Shown here one piece after another: positions 1-9,982 of a stretch of 64,000 bases of DNA; the first letter of the stretch is position 1; the number at the start of each line of letters is the position of its first letter. The translations under genes and the position numbers were made by a program. Below the pieces are notes generated by a model. That model saw only the letters and a program-made list of their open reading frames with translations, did not search any database and was not told where the DNA came from. The stretch is from a bacterium (GTDB lineage Bacteria; Zhuqueibacterota; QNDG01; JAGLOF01): contig JAGLOF010000052.1 in NCBI GenBank assembly GCA_023139105.1, positions 13,825 through 77,824 on the forward strand, read 5' to 3'.

Positions 1-436
1 CATTGCGTACTCCAATACCCTTGATTAGCAGGCGGCGACGGATTGTCTCGGTAAAGACTCGTCCGAAACCGACAAATCCCATCATGAGGAGCCAGTATGT
101 AGCTATCATGGCACGACTTGAGGTGATGGGCCTCGATAGATCCTGACTTATATCTACTGTCATGAGAAAAATAATCACCATGCCAATAGTAACTGTTTTG
201 AATGTCTTTAATACTTCATCGGTTCTAGAGCGTGTGTACCAGGTTTTATAGTGACCAAAAAAAGTAAAGAGTCCCAGCCAGAATAGATATATAAACAGTG
301 ACAGTTGTATTGTACCGCTCAATGTAGCCTGGGACGACCAACCCATGAATAATCTGATTTGGCCCCAGACAATGAAAGCGGCTTCAATTGTGAGGAAGTC
401 TGTGAGGATGTATATTGGCTTTTTTATTCCTTTCAT
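1..436 (-). CDS. Polyprenyl-phosphate glycosylphosphotransferase (initiating sugar transferase). Only the N-terminal membrane part is present; the gene runs off the left edge.
   Basis: Hand translation from minus-strand ATG 436..434 gives MKGIKKPIYILTDFLTIEAAFIVWGQIRLFMGW...GRVFTETIRRRLLIKGIGVRN. It shows hydrophobic helices followed by an RRxLIxG stretch, as in WbaP/EpsB-type transferases. The start overlaps the upstream GT4 stop as ATGA (433-436). It is absent from the ORF track because there is no stop inside the window. Confidence 0.5.
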   Translation of the reverse strand, partial: MKGIKKPIYILTDFLTIEAAFIVWGQIRLFMGWSSQATLSGTIQLSLFIYLFWLGLFTFFGHYKTWYTRSRTDEVLKTFKTVTIGMVIIFLMTVDISQDLSRPITSSRAMIATYWLLMMGFVGFGRVFTETIRRRLLIKGIGVRN

Positions 437-1590
437 AAAAGACCTTTTTCCTGCAACTGTGCTTGATATAAGAGATCAATCTGTCGTACCATCTGCCTTA
501 CATCGAATAGCCGGCGAACCCGTTTTTGTCCTGCAATTGCCATGATTTGTGCGGCATTCATATCATCCAACATGTCGATTACTGCTTGAGCCAGTGCTTC
601 AGGATTCTGCGGTGGAACTAGCCGTCCGGTCTCACTGTCTGTAATCAATTCAGGCACGCCCTCCACAGCTGTTGCTACGCATGGCAAACCGCAGTAGAGT
701 GCTTCGGTCAGTGAGCGCCCGAGACCTTCCCATCGGCTGGAGAGTACAAATAGGTCCATGACTCTCAGAAGTTGAGGCACATCTTCGCGGAAACCAAGTA
801 TGCAAATATTCTCAGATACATTGAGTTGATGTGCCCGTGCTTCAAAGTCGCAACGCAGCTCACCGTCACCCACTATGAGAAAATGAGACTCGGGATGATG
901 TCGCAGTATTTCAGGCATGGATTCTACGAGACAAAGCGGATCTTTCTGCGGAGACAATCGCCCGACAAATCCGATAATTTTGATATGTTTCGCAATATTC
1001 AAATTTTTTCGCAATGCCTCAGAATCAACAGGCTTGTCAAAGCTGGCAAATTGAATACCGCTATAGATGGTTTGGAATTTTTGTGCCGGTGCTAGCCGGA
1101 GCTTAATGGCTTTTTGCCGATTCAGCTCTGAGACTGTGATAAGCTTGTCGGTTAGCCCTGAGGCCCATCGTTCAAGATTTACAAAAAAATCATGTTTGAT
1201 TTTAGACATGAAATCATTAAATGGGAAACCGTGAATAGTATGGACAATCACCGGTGTCCCGGCTAATTTTGCTGCAAGACGGCCCAGGAAACCAGGCTTG
1301 CTGGAATGGGTATGAACAATATCATATTTTTCCCGCCGGATCAGCCGCGTCATGGCTATGAGTGCCCGGACGTCCTTGAATAGTCTGATCGGACGCACTA
1401 ACGTAGGCATTTCAATACAACGTATTCCGCTAATCGAATGCGCACGGGACAGCCAACGACCTTCGGGGCCGTATAACAGATGAATCTCGTAACGTTCACG
1501 CGGCAGGTATTCAACTGTCAGAAGCGTATTGTCCTGGGCACCGCCTATCGGCAGATTGGTGATTATGTGTAGGATTTTGGTTTTATTCAT
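433..1590 (-). CDS. Glycosyltransferase family 4
   Basis: 385 aa. N-terminal KILHIITNLPIGGAQ and C-terminal SSRWEGLGRSLTEALYCGLPCVAT (an EX7E-type GT4 signature). Confidence 0.85.
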   Translation of the reverse strand: MNKTKILHIITNLPIGGAQDNTLLTVEYLPRERYEIHLLYGPEGRWLSRAHSISGIRCIEMPTLVRPIRLFKDVRALIAMTRLIRREKYDIVHTHSSKPGFLGRLAAKLAGTPVIVHTIHGFPFNDFMSKIKHDFFVNLERWASGLTDKLITVSELNRQKAIKLRLAPAQKFQTIYSGIQFASFDKPVDSEALRKNLNIAKHIKIIGFVGRLSPQKDPLCLVESMPEILRHHPESHFLIVGDGELRCDFEARAHQLNVSENICILGFREDVPQLLRVMDLFVLSSRWEGLGRSLTEALYCGLPCVATAVEGVPELITDSETGRLVPPQNPEALAQAVIDMLDDMNAAQIMAIAGQKRVRRLFDVRQMVRQIDLLYQAQLQEKGLL

Positions 1591-2716
1591 TGTTATGACT
1601 TCTTATAGCCCTTTCGTAACACAGTAATGTGGATTTTGCAGCCCGGGCCCAGGTAAAGTATGTGGCTCGTTCCAATCCTCTTGCGATCAACCTCTGACTT
1701 TCGGATTGATTATCTATAATATTCTGCATCTTTTTTGCAAGATCGTCATGATTATTGGCTTCAAACAATATGCCCGCATCTCCTACAATTTCTGGAATTG
1801 CAGTTGTATTTGCTGCAATTACAGGCACTCCGGCTTTCATGGCTTCCAGTAGAGGGAATCCAAATCCTTCATAAAGGGAGGGCAGTACAAATAAGGATGC
1901 ATTGTTGTAGAGTGTTGCCATTGTCTCATCGCTGACATACCCGGTAAAATGTATTATGTCTTCAAGTCCCAGTTCTCTGGCCCGATCTTCTGGCACTGTA
2001 TAGTCACTATATGATTTACCACAAATGACCAGATGCTGATCCATGTAACCTGTTCTTTTCATCTGAGAGAAGGCATGAATCAGAGTTGTTAGATTTTTAT
2101 GAGGACGTTTTTCTGCAATGCATAAAATATAAGGATTTTCCAGATTCAATGCATGGTGTATTTTAGCATTTGATATTTTCCATTCAGGATGATCAAGGCC
2201 ATGATGAATGACATCTATTTTATTACTAGTAGTATTGGAGAATTGGTGTAAGTCATTTCGTGTAAAATCGGAAATTGCGATTATGCGGTTTGCTCTTTTA
2301 AGTGTATGTTTTAAAGTATGGTGTATGTATGCTGTTTTTAACAAGCTTTTCTTTGGGAAAAAATGTGGGTGACGGATGTATTTTAAATCATGGATAGTGG
2401 CGACTGTGGGTACAGTTATTCTGTACGGAAGATCAAAGTGAGGGTGATGGTAAAGATCGATATTATTAGTGCGTAAAATTCTAGAAGTAACCAGATGCTG
2501 TTTTAGTGACGGACCACGTAGCCCGACCGGAATTTTTTGAACATTGGGCCCGGAAATCATAGAAAGCGGATGGTTGCTCTCCAGGTTATCAGTCAGTAAA
2601 AGTGTCCAATAATGCCGCTGGCCTTGTTGAATTAATTCAGGAATCAGACCATTCAGGTATCGTCCGATACCGGTTAGTTGATTTTCTGAGAGATGTGCGT
2701 CTATGCAGATGTTCAT
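1583..2716 (-). CDS. Glycosyltransferase family 4
   Basis: 377 aa. PSLYEGFGFPLLEAMKAGVPVIAANT motif. Overlaps the downstream gene by 8 nt. Confidence 0.85.
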   Translation of the reverse strand: MNICIDAHLSENQLTGIGRYLNGLIPELIQQGQRHYWTLLLTDNLESNHPLSMISGPNVQKIPVGLRGPSLKQHLVTSRILRTNNIDLYHHPHFDLPYRITVPTVATIHDLKYIRHPHFFPKKSLLKTAYIHHTLKHTLKRANRIIAISDFTRNDLHQFSNTTSNKIDVIHHGLDHPEWKISNAKIHHALNLENPYILCIAEKRPHKNLTTLIHAFSQMKRTGYMDQHLVICGKSYSDYTVPEDRARELGLEDIIHFTGYVSDETMATLYNNASLFVLPSLYEGFGFPLLEAMKAGVPVIAANTTAIPEIVGDAGILFEANNHDDLAKKMQNIIDNQSESQRLIARGLERATYFTWARAAKSTLLCYERAIRSHNNE

Positions 2717-2718
2717 GC

Positions 2719-3855
2719 TTATCCTAATTGTACTTCGAATTGAGAACGATAAAATTCGGATATTTGGTGAATCATTTGGTCAATTGAGAATTTATTTTGG
2801 ATCGATTTTTGTGCGTTCATCCCTAACATTTGTGCACGCTGTTTATTTTGGGATATGTCAAATATCGCAGTGGCTAAGCTTTCAGCATCGCAGGGAGGAA
2901 CCAATAGGCCATTTTTATCGTGGGAGATGATTTCTTCCATTCCAAATATACGTGAGGCAATAACGGCCTTGCCAGCAGCCATGGCTTCAAGAATGGCATA
3001 GGGCAAGCCTTCCCAGATTGAAGGAAGTATAAAGGAGTCCATGGCATGTAAATAGCCTGGAATATCTTGTTGATATCCAAGAAAGTGGATGAAAGCATCG
3101 AGTCCAAGAGAATGGCTCTGAGCCATGAGCGGCTCTTTCTCAGGTCCGTCACCGATGATGATGCAATGAGGACACCGGTTCATTTTTTTTAATATACTCA
3201 TCGCATCGATAAAATAGTTTAGGCCTTTCTGTGGTGTTAAACGGGCCACAGTACCTACAAGCCAGTCCTGATCAGTTAGTCCCAGTTGCTTGCGAATTAG
3301 TTTACGCTGATATGCTTCCTTTGCAATTACACTGGCATCTACGCCATTATAGATATTGTGGACTTGAGTGGGTTTTGCACCAAATTGAGTGATTAATATT
3401 TGGCGGTCTGTTTCTGCAACTGTAAGCAAAGTGCTGGATAATGCTACTTTTAACCGTTGATGCCAGTATGTTAATGGGGACATATGTTTAAATGTATTGT
3501 CAGAAAGACGCAGACCATGACGGGTTTCAATGATCACGGGAATGTTTGCCAATCTGCCTAACCATCCAGGAAGCTGGCTGCCGTGAGCATGAATAATATC
3601 GAACTTATTATTTTTGATAAATTTGTAAAAGCTAAATGTAGCTCTTATATCTATCCGGGATTTTTTGGGGAAAGCATGTGCTTTGATGCCCATATCCGAG
3701 AATTGTTCAAGCAATGGGCCTTCTTCGAAACATGCAATGAATATGTCGAAAACATCTCTGTCAAGTCTTTGTGCAAGCTGCAAGACATGTTTTTCAGTGC
3801 CGGCAAGGGTTGCATGGTTAAGGATTTGTAGTATTTTAATGCGTTTATTGTTCAT
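2719..3855 (-). CDS. Glycosyltransferase family 4
   Basis: 378 aa. KILQILNHATLAGTEKHV N-terminus and LPSIWEGLPYAILEAMAAGKAVIAS motif. Confidence 0.85.
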   Translation of the reverse strand: MNNKRIKILQILNHATLAGTEKHVLQLAQRLDRDVFDIFIACFEEGPLLEQFSDMGIKAHAFPKKSRIDIRATFSFYKFIKNNKFDIIHAHGSQLPGWLGRLANIPVIIETRHGLRLSDNTFKHMSPLTYWHQRLKVALSSTLLTVAETDRQILITQFGAKPTQVHNIYNGVDASVIAKEAYQRKLIRKQLGLTDQDWLVGTVARLTPQKGLNYFIDAMSILKKMNRCPHCIIIGDGPEKEPLMAQSHSLGLDAFIHFLGYQQDIPGYLHAMDSFILPSIWEGLPYAILEAMAAGKAVIASRIFGMEEIISHDKNGLLVPPCDAESLATAIFDISQNKQRAQMLGMNAQKSIQNKFSIDQMIHQISEFYRSQFEVQLG

Positions 3856-4967
3856 GTTTGATTGTCCGTAATTAAAGATTTATAAAAACACTCTAATTCT
3901 TTTACACGAGTAGACAAGTTAAAGTGGTTAATTACTCGTTCACGGGCTGATTTTCCCATATTTATTCGTAGTGTGCTACTCTGCGATAGCTTGACAATGG
4001 CGTTTGCGATACTTTCTGGCTCCATTGTTTTCGTGAGAATGCCTTCGGTTCCTGAGCGGATTACTTCGGGTATTCCACCTACAGTTGTTGAAATAATGGG
4101 TTTAGAAAAATACATGGCTTCCAACATAGCAAGTGGAATTCCTTCACGATCCGAAGTAAATATAAGAATATCAATTGACTGGAAGAAGTTATTTATGTTA
4201 TCTATATGGCCCAAAAAAGTAATATGTTGATTCAGGTTTAGGGCATCAGCCTGAATTTGTAAATTTGTCAGAAGTGGGCCTGATCCTGCCAGTTTTAGTT
4301 GTAGGGTAGGTAATTGCTTTTGGGCCAATGAGAAGGCTAAAAACAATCTATCAATGCGTTTTGGTTGGCAGAGCCGTCCCAAAAAGCCAATGGCTATATG
4401 GTCACGATATTGTATTTCCTGAGGCAGTTCATCTGGGAATAATATCCCATTATACTGAATATGGACTTTACTTTTAGGGAAGTGGATTTGTTCAATTAAA
4501 CTTGTTCTAACCGCCTCAGATACTGCTAAAATCCCACAACTATGTTTTACTAATAATTTTTCTGACAGAATACGGAGTTTCGCCTTCCAGGTTTCAGGTT
4601 TTATCTTCCATGGTTCAATACTATGCTCAGTAGCCAGGATGATTGGTATGCCAGCAAGGATTGCAGAAAGCCGTCCCCAGAAATCGGCTTCAGTAAGATG
4701 AGTATGTACTATTTCAATTTTATTTTTCTTAAAATAGTGTATGAGCTTGAATAGACAAGTACAGTCTCTTTTGTTTTTCATGTTAATAGGATGGACCATC
4801 GCCCCTGTTGTTACAAATTGATCAAGAAGGGTTAGTGGTGATAAAAGTGGAATAACATGAATTTCAAACTGAGACTGATCTAATACTTGAATTGTATTCA
4901 GGAGTAACTTTTCTGCACCACCGACAGTCAGGTTGTTAATTACATATGCGATTCGAATTTTATTCAT
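3852..4967 (-). CDS. Glycosyltransferase family 4
   Basis: 371 aa. IAYVINNLTVGGAEK N-terminus and TSDREGIPLAMLEAMYFSKPIIST motif. ATGA overlap with the next gene at 3852-3855. Confidence 0.8.
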   Translation of the reverse strand: MNKIRIAYVINNLTVGGAEKLLLNTIQVLDQSQFEIHVIPLLSPLTLLDQFVTTGAMVHPINMKNKRDCTCLFKLIHYFKKNKIEIVHTHLTEADFWGRLSAILAGIPIILATEHSIEPWKIKPETWKAKLRILSEKLLVKHSCGILAVSEAVRTSLIEQIHFPKSKVHIQYNGILFPDELPQEIQYRDHIAIGFLGRLCQPKRIDRLFLAFSLAQKQLPTLQLKLAGSGPLLTNLQIQADALNLNQHITFLGHIDNINNFFQSIDILIFTSDREGIPLAMLEAMYFSKPIISTTVGGIPEVIRSGTEGILTKTMEPESIANAIVKLSQSSTLRINMGKSARERVINHFNLSTRVKELECFYKSLITDNQT

Positions 4968-6294
4968 TAGATTTAAGCACTATGTTATTTGGGAATCGGT
5001 TAAGGATAACGGCCAAGGCAATCAACAGGAAAAGTATGATGTTATACTCTTCGGAAAGGAATAGTGAATGTGTTAAAAAGCCAAATAAAGAAAAGAGTAC
5101 ACCTCTTACGTATTGTGTAATTGTATAAGATGTGTGGTTTGAGAATGTTTTTCTAAGTCGTTTTATTGTAGTGCTTATCAATGAAATAAATACAGTCAGG
5201 CCGATAATACCAAGCTCAGCAGCAACTTCAAGAAATGAGTTATGTGCGACCATTGGAAATAATGTACCCGCATATTGACGGCTATATGCCATGAAGTTAC
5301 CAGCACCGACACCAATCAGAGGGTGCTCAAGAAAAATATGTAATCCACCCTTTAAAAGCCGTAGCCGTTGAAGTATGGAGGAGTCAAGTTTTGTTGTGCT
5401 TAATCCCTGAATGCGCAGAAAAATTAATTCAGGAGGGATCGTAATAACAAGGATAACAAAGATTGTTATCCCAAATAGTATGCCTTTTTTGTTTCTGAAC
5501 TCAACCCAGCTTATTAGTCCTAATATCGTGATAAGTCCCATTAAGCCGCCTCGACTAAATGTGACAACAATGCAGAGAGAAAGTAGCATTAGAGATAGCA
5601 GGGCAAGGAGTTTAAGAACGTTTTTCTCCTCAATCTTGAATAGAGCATAAGAAAAGCCAACGGCAGGAAGTAGTTTTATAGCAAATGAATTTGGGTCTTG
5701 AACTAAGCTAATTAATCGCATGCCAGATGCGGCTTCGCCGGCAACGAAAGAGTAATATAGGCCAAAAGTAAACATGCAAAGACCTGAAACGACAATGAGC
5801 CAAAATAGAAGTCGTATCTGCTTTTCAGATTTTACAAGATGAATAATAAGGAAATATAAAAGTAGATATTTTCCGAATTCTAAAATTTTTGCAAGAGATC
5901 CGCCTTGGTCTTTCGCATATAATGTTGAGGAAAGAATTAATAAACCTAATATGAAGTACAGAACTGTTTGTCTATCAGTAAAATGTATGCGGTCTTGATT
6001 GATTAATGTGGAGAGCAGCCATAAACCAGTTGTTGTGACAATCAAAGGTAGAAAGAGGCCTTGAAATAGAGATGAAGCGATGCCTGAATATCCAACAATG
6101 ATTGTAGCATAGAGGCTGAATTCAGGTTTAATCATAAAAATGATGATAACAGGGGCAGCACATATTAGTAAAATACGTGCACCCCAATTAAAAATGCCTG
6201 CTAATAGTAAGATTTCAATTAATAAAGTTACTATTAAGCAAGATAGCAGAAGAGGCTTTTTTAACACGGGTTGTAGTTTGTCATAATCTAACAT
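4960..6294 (-). CDS. O-antigen polymerase/ligase family membrane protein (Wzy-like)
   Basis: 444 aa and polytopic (about 10 or more hydrophobic helices). The TFSRGGLMGLITILGL segment is typical of the O-antigen ligase/Wzy_C domain. It sits between glycosyltransferases and the flippase. Confidence 0.75.
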   Translation of the reverse strand: MLDYDKLQPVLKKPLLLSCLIVTLLIEILLLAGIFNWGARILLICAAPVIIIFMIKPEFSLYATIIVGYSGIASSLFQGLFLPLIVTTTGLWLLSTLINQDRIHFTDRQTVLYFILGLLILSSTLYAKDQGGSLAKILEFGKYLLLYFLIIHLVKSEKQIRLLFWLIVVSGLCMFTFGLYYSFVAGEAASGMRLISLVQDPNSFAIKLLPAVGFSYALFKIEEKNVLKLLALLSLMLLSLCIVVTFSRGGLMGLITILGLISWVEFRNKKGILFGITIFVILVITIPPELIFLRIQGLSTTKLDSSILQRLRLLKGGLHIFLEHPLIGVGAGNFMAYSRQYAGTLFPMVAHNSFLEVAAELGIIGLTVFISLISTTIKRLRKTFSNHTSYTITQYVRGVLFSLFGFLTHSLFLSEEYNIILFLLIALAVILNRFPNNIVLKSNE

Positions 6295-7220
6295 GGCAAA
6301 CCTTTGATTTTAAGAGTTGTTGCCCATCTGAGTTTATGCAAATCATGGAATAGCGCGGATTTTTTTTTCTTATGACGTATGAATTGAAATGAAATAGCAT
6401 AAATTCCGATTGATATGCAGCTAGTCGCTGCAACTACAAAACGATATAGTGTTGCGTATCCATATCCGTGGTGTTTTTTAAAATACATGTATAAACTCCA
6501 ACAGGATATTGTCTGAGGTGAAAAATCAGGTTCTTTGTTTATTGATCTATGTGCAAGATGAGTAACTTGTGTTTCAGCTTGGTAGTACAAATTATATCCT
6601 TCTTTTTGAATCATTCGGCACAGATCAATGTCCTCACCATAAAGAAAGAAATTTTTATCAAAACCGCCAAGCTCCTTAATTATTTTTTGTCGGCCTAATA
6701 AACAGGCTCCGCTTAATACTTTAGCAATTTGAGATTGTTCATAGTTGTAAAGGATGGGTGGTTTTATGCCTAGAAAACGATCCAGGCGTAATAGTGATAT
6801 GAGTTCATTTGTAATTGACGGATAGTCTCGAAGGCATTCTTGCTGTATAGCCCCATCTTCATTAAGGATTTTGGGGCCTAATAATGCGATTTGCTGATGT
6901 GATTCCAAAAAAATTATCATTTTGTCCAATGAATCTTTATATAGCAATGTGTCAGGATTCAAAAAAAGGACATACTTAGCATGACTGAGTTTTAGCCCTT
7001 GGTTTGAAGCTCGTCCAAATCCGGGATTGTCAGGATTAGTAATCAATTGGACATCAGTGAAAGCTTCGGCGATCACTTGTTTTGTACGGTCAGAGGAGTT
7101 GTTGTCAATGACAAATATCTTGATACAGTACTCAGTTTTCGATTCATAGATGGACCGAAGACATTGAATAATTTCTTTATCATTATTTCGTGTTACAATG
7201 ATGATTGAAAGATCCGTCAT
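6288..7220 (-). CDS. Glycosyltransferase family 2
   Basis: 310 aa. LSIIIVTRNN...VIDNNSSDRT N-terminus and an acidic FLYGEDIDLCRM motif typical of GT2 (rhamnosyltransferase-like). Confidence 0.85.
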   Translation of the reverse strand: MTDLSIIIVTRNNDKEIIQCLRSIYESKTEYCIKIFVIDNNSSDRTKQVIAEAFTDVQLITNPDNPGFGRASNQGLKLSHAKYVLFLNPDTLLYKDSLDKMIIFLESHQQIALLGPKILNEDGAIQQECLRDYPSITNELISLLRLDRFLGIKPPILYNYEQSQIAKVLSGACLLGRQKIIKELGGFDKNFFLYGEDIDLCRMIQKEGYNLYYQAETQVTHLAHRSINKEPDFSPQTISCWSLYMYFKKHHGYGYATLYRFVVAATSCISIGIYAISFQFIRHKKKKSALFHDLHKLRWATTLKIKGLPC

Positions 7221-8683
7221 GCTCTTTCCTTCAATATATGTTTTGTAATTAGTACTTTGAGTATTATTAAATCATGGCGTGGTATGCCCCCGATTAAGAC
7301 AAATACAAAAAGATATACTAAAATACTACAAATGAAAGTAATAATCCAAAACCATTGCTGTAGAACTAATAGCAACAAAGCTAAAGGAATAATTGCCAGA
7401 CATGCTGCCAAAGCGGTCTGGTTAAACCGGATGTGGTAGTTAAGTACTGACTTAACTTTATTGTAATAAAGCAAGAATGTAAGTAGCTCTGAAAGGACAG
7501 TTGAAATGCTTGCTCCCAAGAAAGAAATGCGTGGGATTAACAGTATGTTCATAGTAATGTTAAAAATTGTGCCAATAATAGCTATTTTCAATGCATCATT
7601 TTGATGATTTGCACTATATAACATTCTTAATAATGGAGCATTCATAAAAAGAAAAGGTATGGTCCAAATCAGTACTTGGACAGCGATGGCCGAATCTGCA
7701 AATTGAGAGCCAAAAATAAACATAATTATTTTAGGTGCCAATATTGTTATTATAATGGCAATTGGAAGGGCTGCAGCAAATAAATAGTTTAATCCCTTTT
7801 CTCCTGCGGCAAAAAAAGCTTGTCGGGATTCATGATAAAGACGTGATAATATTGGATAAAATGAACGGCTGAAGCCATAAGAAAGGGCCATAAAGAGTGT
7901 AATGAAATTGAACGCTACTGCATATTGTCCCGTTATAGAATCGCCAATCAGTGTTGATAGCATCACCAGATCAATACGTAGATAGATAATAGAAATAGCA
8001 CCCATTAATGCAAACGGGTAGGATTTTAACAGAAGGGTTTTTAATCTTGTGAATTTAAATATATAGTGCCACTTAAAGAAATATCGTTTTAGGATGTATT
8101 GAGTGAAAAGGCATTTAATTCCACTGATTAATACGAGACAAATAATGAGTATTTCAAGTTGGCCACCATAGAATTTGATAAATAAAGCTAAAATAACTTT
8201 AAGAATATTATAAGATACTTCCATGATTGCTATAAAATGTAGACGTTCAAAAGCGTTGAAAATTGCTTCTATGGATGTGGTGATATTCTCAAAAAATAGA
8301 GTTAAACAGAATAACAGGACAAGTTTGTTGACATCTGCTGATTTTCCCAGTAGTGGCAAGAAAATAAAAAGCAGAAGAATTGCTACTAAAGATAATCCGG
8401 TTTTAATTGTAACAGCATTCGACAGGTACTGTGATGCCTTGTTTTTATTTATTGATACTTCTCTTACAATGAGGTTGTCAAGGCCGAAACCTGAGATTAT
8501 AAACAAGATACTGATAAGGCCAACAGTAAATGAATATTTGCCAATGCCGATGTCTCCCAAATACCTGGCCATCAAAAAATAAAAAACGAATGTCAACCCT
8601 TTAGCCAGAATTTGTGAAGTTAGGAGGGATGATGTGTTTTTTATAAGGGTATAGTGGAGATTTCTTTTGCTTGATTTATCCAT
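7217..8683 (-). CDS. Polysaccharide flippase (Wzx, MOP superfamily)
   Basis: 488 aa with about 12-14 hydrophobic helices. The N-terminus LIKNTSSLLTSQILAKGLTFVFYFLMARYLG is typical of Polysacc_synt flippases. Confidence 0.8.
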   Translation of the reverse strand: MDKSSKRNLHYTLIKNTSSLLTSQILAKGLTFVFYFLMARYLGDIGIGKYSFTVGLISILFIISGFGLDNLIVREVSINKNKASQYLSNAVTIKTGLSLVAILLLFIFLPLLGKSADVNKLVLLFCLTLFFENITTSIEAIFNAFERLHFIAIMEVSYNILKVILALFIKFYGGQLEILIICLVLISGIKCLFTQYILKRYFFKWHYIFKFTRLKTLLLKSYPFALMGAISIIYLRIDLVMLSTLIGDSITGQYAVAFNFITLFMALSYGFSRSFYPILSRLYHESRQAFFAAGEKGLNYLFAAALPIAIIITILAPKIIMFIFGSQFADSAIAVQVLIWTIPFLFMNAPLLRMLYSANHQNDALKIAIIGTIFNITMNILLIPRISFLGASISTVLSELLTFLLYYNKVKSVLNYHIRFNQTALAACLAIIPLALLLLVLQQWFWIITFICSILVYLFVFVLIGGIPRHDLIILKVLITKHILKERA

Positions 8684-8700
8684 TAAATACCAAATATGGG

Positions 8701-9960
8701 TCAGGAATTCCTTTTAATAAATTTGGGAATATCATTTTTTAATGATTGTATTATTTCTAGAAAACGGGCATTGGATTCAGGATCAGAATATTTTAGTTTT
8801 TGCATGTATTCTATGAAAAATACAATCATCAAACCAAATCCAAAGCTTAATATACTTGCAATGATTACCATCAAAGCCCTTTTGGGTTTGGAGCGTTTAT
8901 ACGGTATTCGGGCTTGATCAAGTATTTGCACTGTAGGTGTATCTTTGGCTTCTTGTATTTTTGCTTGTTCATATTGTGGTAAAAGGAATTCCAATATTTT
9001 TTCTTGCAATGTAACTTCTCTAAATAGTCTGACGTATTGAAGCCCTATGCTGGGTAGTTGGTCAATAGGCATGAAGATATCTTTATTCGAAATCGAATCA
9101 TATTCAGGAGTTGCCGATAATAATGCAAAATATTTTTCTGAGATCACATTTTTTTGGTGTCGAATAGATAGCCAATCTGAATGTGCTGTTCCAACAGTCC
9201 TTTCCAATAGGCTCATTTCTATTTCTTTAGCAATTATTTGTGCTTTTAAGGCTGAAACTATCTCAATCATAGCGGAGGTCTGTTCTTGCAGTGCGATTGT
9301 ACCATGTGCCTCTTGGAATGAACGGAATTCTTCTTCAGCAAGTTTAATGGCATTAAGGTTTTGCATATACCGTTTTTCAATGAATAGTCTGGTATTGTGT
9401 GCTTTTTGCGTTTTATGCTGACGATTAACATGGTCCAGCTCTTGCATCATAAAGTCGGTTATATCTTTGGCCAGAACTCTTGCTTCATCATCATCTGATT
9501 TGTTTGCTATATATGGTGTCGCTGTTTCTACTGAAAGAGTAATCGTCCCATCTTCGTTGATGTCTATTGACATTTTTTCTGATAATGTACGGATAGCTTC
9601 TTCCATATGTTTTGAATTATATTTAGTTATCAAGTCAAATTTGTTTACTACGGATTCTCTAACAGTTTTACTGTTTAGTATTGCCAGAAATATATAACTT
9701 TCATCGGATAAGGCTCCTGGTCTCAAGCCCCCAAGACCTCCTATAGATAGATTACTTAAAATAGAAGAGACTCCCAGGCTGGCTGTTTCATCCGTTGGTG
9801 GAAGTAGTGTTGAAGTCGCTCGATAAGAACGAGGCATTAATAAACTAAAACATGCAACCAGAAAACCGATGAGCAGTGTGTTAATTATTAAAAATCGTCT
9901 CCATTTTACTATGATATGGAGATATGTGATCAGATTGGCTCTTTTTTTTGTATTTTGCAT
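8701..9960 (-). CDS. Polysaccharide co-polymerase / chain-length determinant (Wzz/GumC-like, no kinase domain)
   Basis: There is an N-terminal TM helix after WRRFL, a long coiled-coil periplasmic region and a C-terminal TM helix (MVIIASILSFGFGLMIVFFI). I placed the start at ATG 9960 (MQNTKKRA), which removes the overlap with the upstream gene. The longest ORF extends to 10005. Confidence 0.7.
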   Translation of the reverse strand: MQNTKKRANLITYLHIIVKWRRFLIINTLLIGFLVACFSLLMPRSYRATSTLLPPTDETASLGVSSILSNLSIGGLGGLRPGALSDESYIFLAILNSKTVRESVVNKFDLITKYNSKHMEEAIRTLSEKMSIDINEDGTITLSVETATPYIANKSDDDEARVLAKDITDFMMQELDHVNRQHKTQKAHNTRLFIEKRYMQNLNAIKLAEEEFRSFQEAHGTIALQEQTSAMIEIVSALKAQIIAKEIEMSLLERTVGTAHSDWLSIRHQKNVISEKYFALLSATPEYDSISNKDIFMPIDQLPSIGLQYVRLFREVTLQEKILEFLLPQYEQAKIQEAKDTPTVQILDQARIPYKRSKPKRALMVIIASILSFGFGLMIVFFIEYMQKLKYSDPESNARFLEIIQSLKNDIPKFIKRNS

Positions 9961-9982
9961 CAAAATATCCTGACTTCCATTA